40,361 nucleotides of DNA, from assembly GCA_016748015.1 (NCBI GenBank), contig JAAOMT010000048.1:1-40361 (forward strand), given 5' to 3'. Origin of the DNA: Geosiphon pyriformis uo1 (taxonomy: Eukaryota; Fungi; Glomeromycota). Below, in pieces: positions 35,503-40,361 of the stretch; the stretch's first letter is position 1; each line of letters opens with the position of its first letter. The position numbers were made by a program, and so were the translations under genes. The notes under the pieces are model-generated. The model was given only the letters and a program-made list of their open reading frames with translations. It was not told the origin of the DNA and made no database searches.

Positions 35503-38159
35503 ATGCCTACAATCTTGTTTCCGAAAGGTATTTTTTACTTTTACTTTTTTTTCGCTTTTCCGATCACTTTACACTAGCTCCCTGTTTATTTTGTAAAATT
35601 ATTTTCCTTGCGGCAAAAAGATCAAAATCTCACACCCCAACTCTGTTAGATGTGTTTATCAGGCTGAACCCAGCAGACGTTAACGATGGAACTCCATCGC
35701 AAGGTATTCTGTTCGGGTTGCGAGAAAAAAGCCTAGATCAAGGCTTGATCGTTCACGTTAAGGTACATTTCAACTTTCAATCTGGAAACTTGTCACGATC
35801 GTCACTCAATTTTCTCAACTTTTAGGGTTTTGTCCCATATATATCTAATTCACAAGATTTAGTCAGTACAATTGCCAAATACATGAATTGGAATGGGCAA
35901 ACAGTCTTAGGCTGGTTTGCGGTAAGTTTAACAAAGGAAATTATGTGACATTGTTATTTTTCAGGAAGTATTCACCGCCACCACTGATAGTAGTTGTCAA
36001 TTTCAATAGGCACCTACCATGGACGTACTTCAAATTTGTGATGCCACAAGTATAGCATCTGCATATTTTCGCTCCGTTCAATCTGCGATGCTTCAAGTAA
36101 TTGCAGCGAATCATTTAAGTCGACATATTGGTAAGAATCCTCTTTACCGTAATAGTCACATTTCATGACTCTCTTTTGAAACGGGTTGTTATTTGTTATC
36201 CCTTCTCTAATATTATTGATTGAAAAAGTCATTTAATAATATTGAACTACCGACGCAACAATCAAAGAATATGACGTTAAAGAAATCCCCAATCTGATTG
36301 CCCAGGAATCATATAACCTTTTTCAAGACCTCATCGGAATTGTCATTGGTGGACATACCATTTCTACGAATAAAACGACAAATTCTCCCGCAACAGACAT
36401 ACTGAGCACTAGAGCCCAGGCATTCGTATCCACCCCAACGTTGATTCAGGTTCTAAACCAATTGCAATCATTAGCAAAGGAACCTGAAATCAATACCAAT
36501 GAGATGCAACAACATGCGTCTGATCCCCTTTCTACTGAATTTGACGGACTTGCTTTGCTTGCTGCAGCGGTAAGTAGCACTATCAGCGATAATCATGATA
36601 CTGATGTCATTTCGAAGAATGATAGTGAGGAGGAAGGTGGTAAATTGGGTGAATTGAATGCCGTTTGGGGACATGGCCTGCCATCTACCTCCATCGGTGG
36701 GTCAAAAGTCAAGCAAAGAACAAGGAGAGCGAGTACCACTGATATAGTTGATTCTCGAAATTTGAGAACTACTATCAACACCTTGGAGCTTCCGAATGGT
36801 AGTAGTAAAAAGAGAAAGGATATCGAGGGAGTAAATTCTGGACGTGTTTCCAAGAAAAAGGTGTGTTTTTTAATGAATTCCCATCTACTATGGGCCTTGG
36901 GGTTAGATAATTTTGTACTCTAATCTGTGATTATTTGATCAGACCAAAACAGTAATAACAACGACTACCGATGATGTTAAACCTGTTCCTTTTAACATCA
37001 TTTCTGGCCAAGGATCAGAATACTTGCATGAATCCCATAGTGCCAACAGGCAAGAAAAGAACAGCGAAAAGAAATTTGCTTCGCTTTCATCATCCAAAGC
37101 TAAGTTAACCCACCATAAATTGTTGATATCAGTTTCTATCATTCCACAGAGTTTGACGAATCGGTCTTCCCAACACTCACGGCGTCCTTTTTCACCCCCA
37201 TCGAGAATAGTACAATATCAACTCAAGAATATGAGATTTTTGCTAACACTGACGTATGCACTCCTGCTGAACAACGTATAAAAACTGCCTTCAATGCGAT
37301 CACATATCATCTCACGACTCACACACAAGAAAAAATTGAGCTATATGAGAAATCATGCAGAGAATATGAAATGTTAATGAAAATTCTCGAAGGGCTAGGT
37401 AAAGCGGAAGAAGACGAGGCATTAGTTAAAAGATTGGAATCATCAATGGATACTGGCTCACGTCGCAAAGAACTAAAAAGTGAAATGGAATCAGCTGAAG
37501 TCACCAAAGAGGAAAATCTTCATACATCGATAGAAAGTTTCCTCCATGGCGGAGAGAAAATAAAGAAAGAGATCTTGGCGAAGGAACTTGAGATGCCATC
37601 TAGCGAGAATCTCCTTCAAGAAAATATAATAGAGGGAGAACAGTCTGGAAAAAACTCGGTTTCCAAGTTGAATAAGGCTTCCGAATACCACATTACGGGA
37701 ACCGAACCTCCAAACTCGGACAAGGAGGTAATAGAAGAAATTCCTGAAATAATTATAGAAAATGGGAAAAACCGTAAAAGTGAGGAGGAAGAGGCCGACA
37801 TGAAACCAGAAGAGGGCGAAGTTCTTGACGAAAGGCTTTTAATTGTTTTATTAAAGCCTGATAAGTCCAATCAAAAAAGTGGAAATGGTAATATCGCAGA
37901 AACTATTTTGTCTTCTACAGAAGATGGGGAAATTGATGATGACGATCCTGGGATTTTTACCAAATCTCGACCACGATTGCAACGTTCTCCAATCTTTAAT
38001 GTGAAACCAACATCTCACACTAACTCAAAAGAAGTAAGGCCATCATTCACTTCAATTCCAAAAGAAAGCAATAGTCGTCAACTAGAAATACCGAAGGAAA
38101 AATCAACCACTAGAATTAAAAGCCCTGATTGGGCTTGGGATGATGAAGAGCTCGGATGA
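35503..38159 (+). CDS. Multi-exon hypothetical protein: MPN-like N-terminus, predicted coiled coil and acidic disordered tail
   Basis: Spliced reading MPTILFPK/DVFIRLNPAD..SQGILFG..IVHVK/GFVPY..VLGWFA/APTMD..., with later exons through about 36860. A GC-AG intron at 37050-37132 leads to the terminal exon ending SPDWAWDDEELG* at 38159. An alternative first exon starts at ATG 35402, and one acceptor near 36.27 kb is uncertain. Confidence 0.75.
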
Positions 38160-38586
38160 AAAATATTTTATAGAATAGTGTCATGGTGAAACAATTTTGT
38201 TCAGAGCACTATTCCATATTTTCTTCAGTTTAAGTCATTGCACTTTTCCTTCTCAGCATTTACAGCTCTCCTATTACCTGCCATTCCTTCATTTTTGCTT
38301 TAAAGTTAATTTGTACGCAAATCCCATTGGTTTGGAAGCTTTTCGATTCTATAAATTTTACATAAGAATCAAGCCCAATTTGGATGGTTAGTTGGTTCTT
38401 TTATAGATAATCTAATATGATTCTTCCGTATATATCTGGTCTAAGCTTAAATTACCTTTTTAAACAAGAGAGCAAAGCAGAATTTAATTCAGAAAATTTT
38501 GAACTAAAATGTAAAACTAATGATTAAATGATTGTCATTTGCGTACAAGTACAAACAGACTTGGATTAAGCCACACTTTAATCAGA

Positions 38587-39198
38587 TTAGTAAGGTAAAT
38601 TAGGCTTGTTCCTCTCTTTTTCCGCGCGTTTCTCCTATGAAGTTGAAATAGAACCAGGATTAAATAACATGCATAAAATCTACTCGAACCGATAATCCGG
38701 GCCAAATTTTACTTACCGCACGCCATTTGGCGACAGTTTGCGGCATTTCTGCCAATGCCTTTTCAATCTTGGCAATCCTAGAGGTGTATGAAATGAATAA
38801 ATTCAGTAGAAAATCAATCATTTATATCCAGCATTGCAAATACTCAAAAACTCTTCATGCCATTACCTGGCTGGTAACTCTCGTTCCCATTTGTGTCCCT
38901 CACGTGGGGTATCTCTCGGCGGTTTCCTCGGCGGCTTGTCAGGCATTCCTATACTTGCTGGATCAATGCCCAAGTAGAGACAGTTTTTTCGCATATCCCC
39001 TTGTTGACGAAGTGGAATGCGAGGACCAAGCCATCTCCGGCGGTTAGTAACTTTATTAATGAGCCAGCGAGGTTTAAAGTCTTCTGGTTTATAGATTTGT
39101 TGAATATGGGCGAGTTTTTTGGGTGAAATATACTTTTTACCAAAGCCTCTTATAAAATTCAGGGCCGGCGTAACAGCTTTTTGGAGAGGTTGCGTCAT
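38587..39198 (-). CDS. MRPL25: Mitochondrial large-subunit ribosomal protein mL59 (YmL25), 3 exons, about 146 aa
   Basis: Exons 39198-38867, 38777-38717 and 38634-38587. The motifs W..PRIPLRQQ..M.K, EGHKWER...RIAKIEKALAEMP..VAKWR and C-terminal KPNLPY match the fungal mL59 pattern. It is a basic protein. Confidence 0.82.
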
Positions 39199-39332
39199 TT
39201 TTGGAGAAAACTTTTTAATCGATCGGTTGGCCCTGATTCAAATTAATGTAAGATGCATCTGATCGAGATACATTATATCAGCATCATCATGCAGATTATT
39301 GCGACTAGCCTTCTTTTGACTTACCTTTTGAT
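39199..39332. promoter_or_regulatory. Compact bidirectional promoter between MRPL25 and the peroxidase
   Basis: The divergent start codons are only 134 bp apart. Confidence 0.6.
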
Positions 39333-40361
39333 ATGTTAGGCACAAAGGGAGATTTTGCAGCCGTACGAGAGGCCATTAAAGAAGTGCTGCCACAACCCGG
39401 CTATGACGACGGTTCCGCTGGTCCGGTATTCGTCAGATTAGCCTGGCACGCCTCTGGTACATATGATCTCCACACCAAGACGGGTGGTTCCAACGGTGCT
39501 ACTATGCGGTTTGCGACGGAAGCAAATGACCCGGCGAACGCAGGTTTGGAACGCGCGAGAGAGTTTTTGGAACCTGTAAAAAAGAAGTTTCCTTGGATTT
39601 CTTGTGAGTTTCTAGGTTTAAAAGAGAAAGGAAATTTTAGATCTTGAAAAATATTTCTTTCAATGAAAATTTACAATTTAAATCTCATCTGTGATCCATC
39701 TTTTTGCTCCCATCTTTATGAACAATTTGAGAGGGTAGATGTAAAAATATTATTGTAGCATCAATTCACAAATATTGATCGTCTTTTGGTTTCTAGACGC
39801 TGATTTATGGACTATTGCTGGTGTCGTTGCAATTGAAGCTATGGGTGGGCCAGTTGTCCCATGGAAGCCGGGTCGAACAGACAAGACCAAAGAAAGTGAA
39901 TGTCCATCAAACGGTCGTCTTCCGGACGCTGCTCATACCCAACAACACGTGCGTGATGTATTTTATCGAATGGGTTTCAATGATCAGTGAGTTTTTTCGC
40001 TCACTTGACTGCCATTTGAATATGCTCTCTTATTTTTCTTATAAAGATTTTCGTTTTTGAAGGCCTCAGTTAATTAAGCATTTTATTCGATGATAGGGAG
40101 ATTGTTGCGCTGATTGGTGCGCATTCAATTGGTCGTTGTCATAAGGACCGTTCAGGGTACGATGGTCCATGGACGTACACTCCTACCCGGTTTTCAAATC
40201 AATAGTAAAGCATTTCTATTTCAAAATATTATTGCTATTTCGTGTTTAAAAGTTCCTTTACATAATCATAAAAGTTTGTTTCATTTTAATTTAATCAGCT
40301 TCATCCAATTATTAAAGCAGAACTGGTCACTGAAAAACGTGAATGGGAAAATACAATTTAA
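39333..40361 (+). CDS. Class I heme peroxidase (cytochrome c peroxidase family, CCP2-type without an obvious mitochondrial presequence); 3'-incomplete
   Basis: Distal-His motif [16 protein letters not shown], plus [17 protein letters not shown] (across an intron), [28 protein letters not shown] and SGYDGPWT. At least 4 exons; the gene runs off the window. Confidence 0.95.

Noticed and set aside
17323-39143. Numerous short overlapping or antisense ORFs within the transposase, PHO84, BTB, MPN-like and MRPL25 genes
   Set aside because: Shadow ORFs of real coding sequence with no independent evidence.

Overview
This is an intron-containing fungal genomic window, most consistent with an early-diverging fungus (Mucoromycota/Glomeromycotina). 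The taxon is inferred from gene content and transposon style. Gene islands alternate with extremely AT-rich retroelement relics decayed by C>T/G>A changes. Genes: an F-box protein with a PP2-like domain (possibly pseudogenised), a ZIP zinc transporter, a PHO84-type phosphate transporter flanked by an intact BTB gene and its pseudogene paralog, an unknown gene with an MPN-like N-terminus, mitoribosomal mL59/MRPL25, and a class I heme peroxidase running off the right edge. Mobile DNA: one intact Tc1 (DD34E) element with perfect 28-bp TIRs, two Tc1 relics, a hypermutated Ty3/Gypsy gag-RT relic and two LINE 3' fragments. The best candidate for an undescribed system is at 1-898. The 81-bp tandem repeat there is stop-free in frame +2, which the ORF track missed. 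It encodes 25-aa Asn/Gly-rich peptides (e.g. GNNGNNNGNNNKGNNNGNNNGNNNV), each delimited by Lys-Arg, as in a Kex2-processed repeat-peptide precursor. Its N-terminus lies outside the window and its C-terminus is in an assembly gap.
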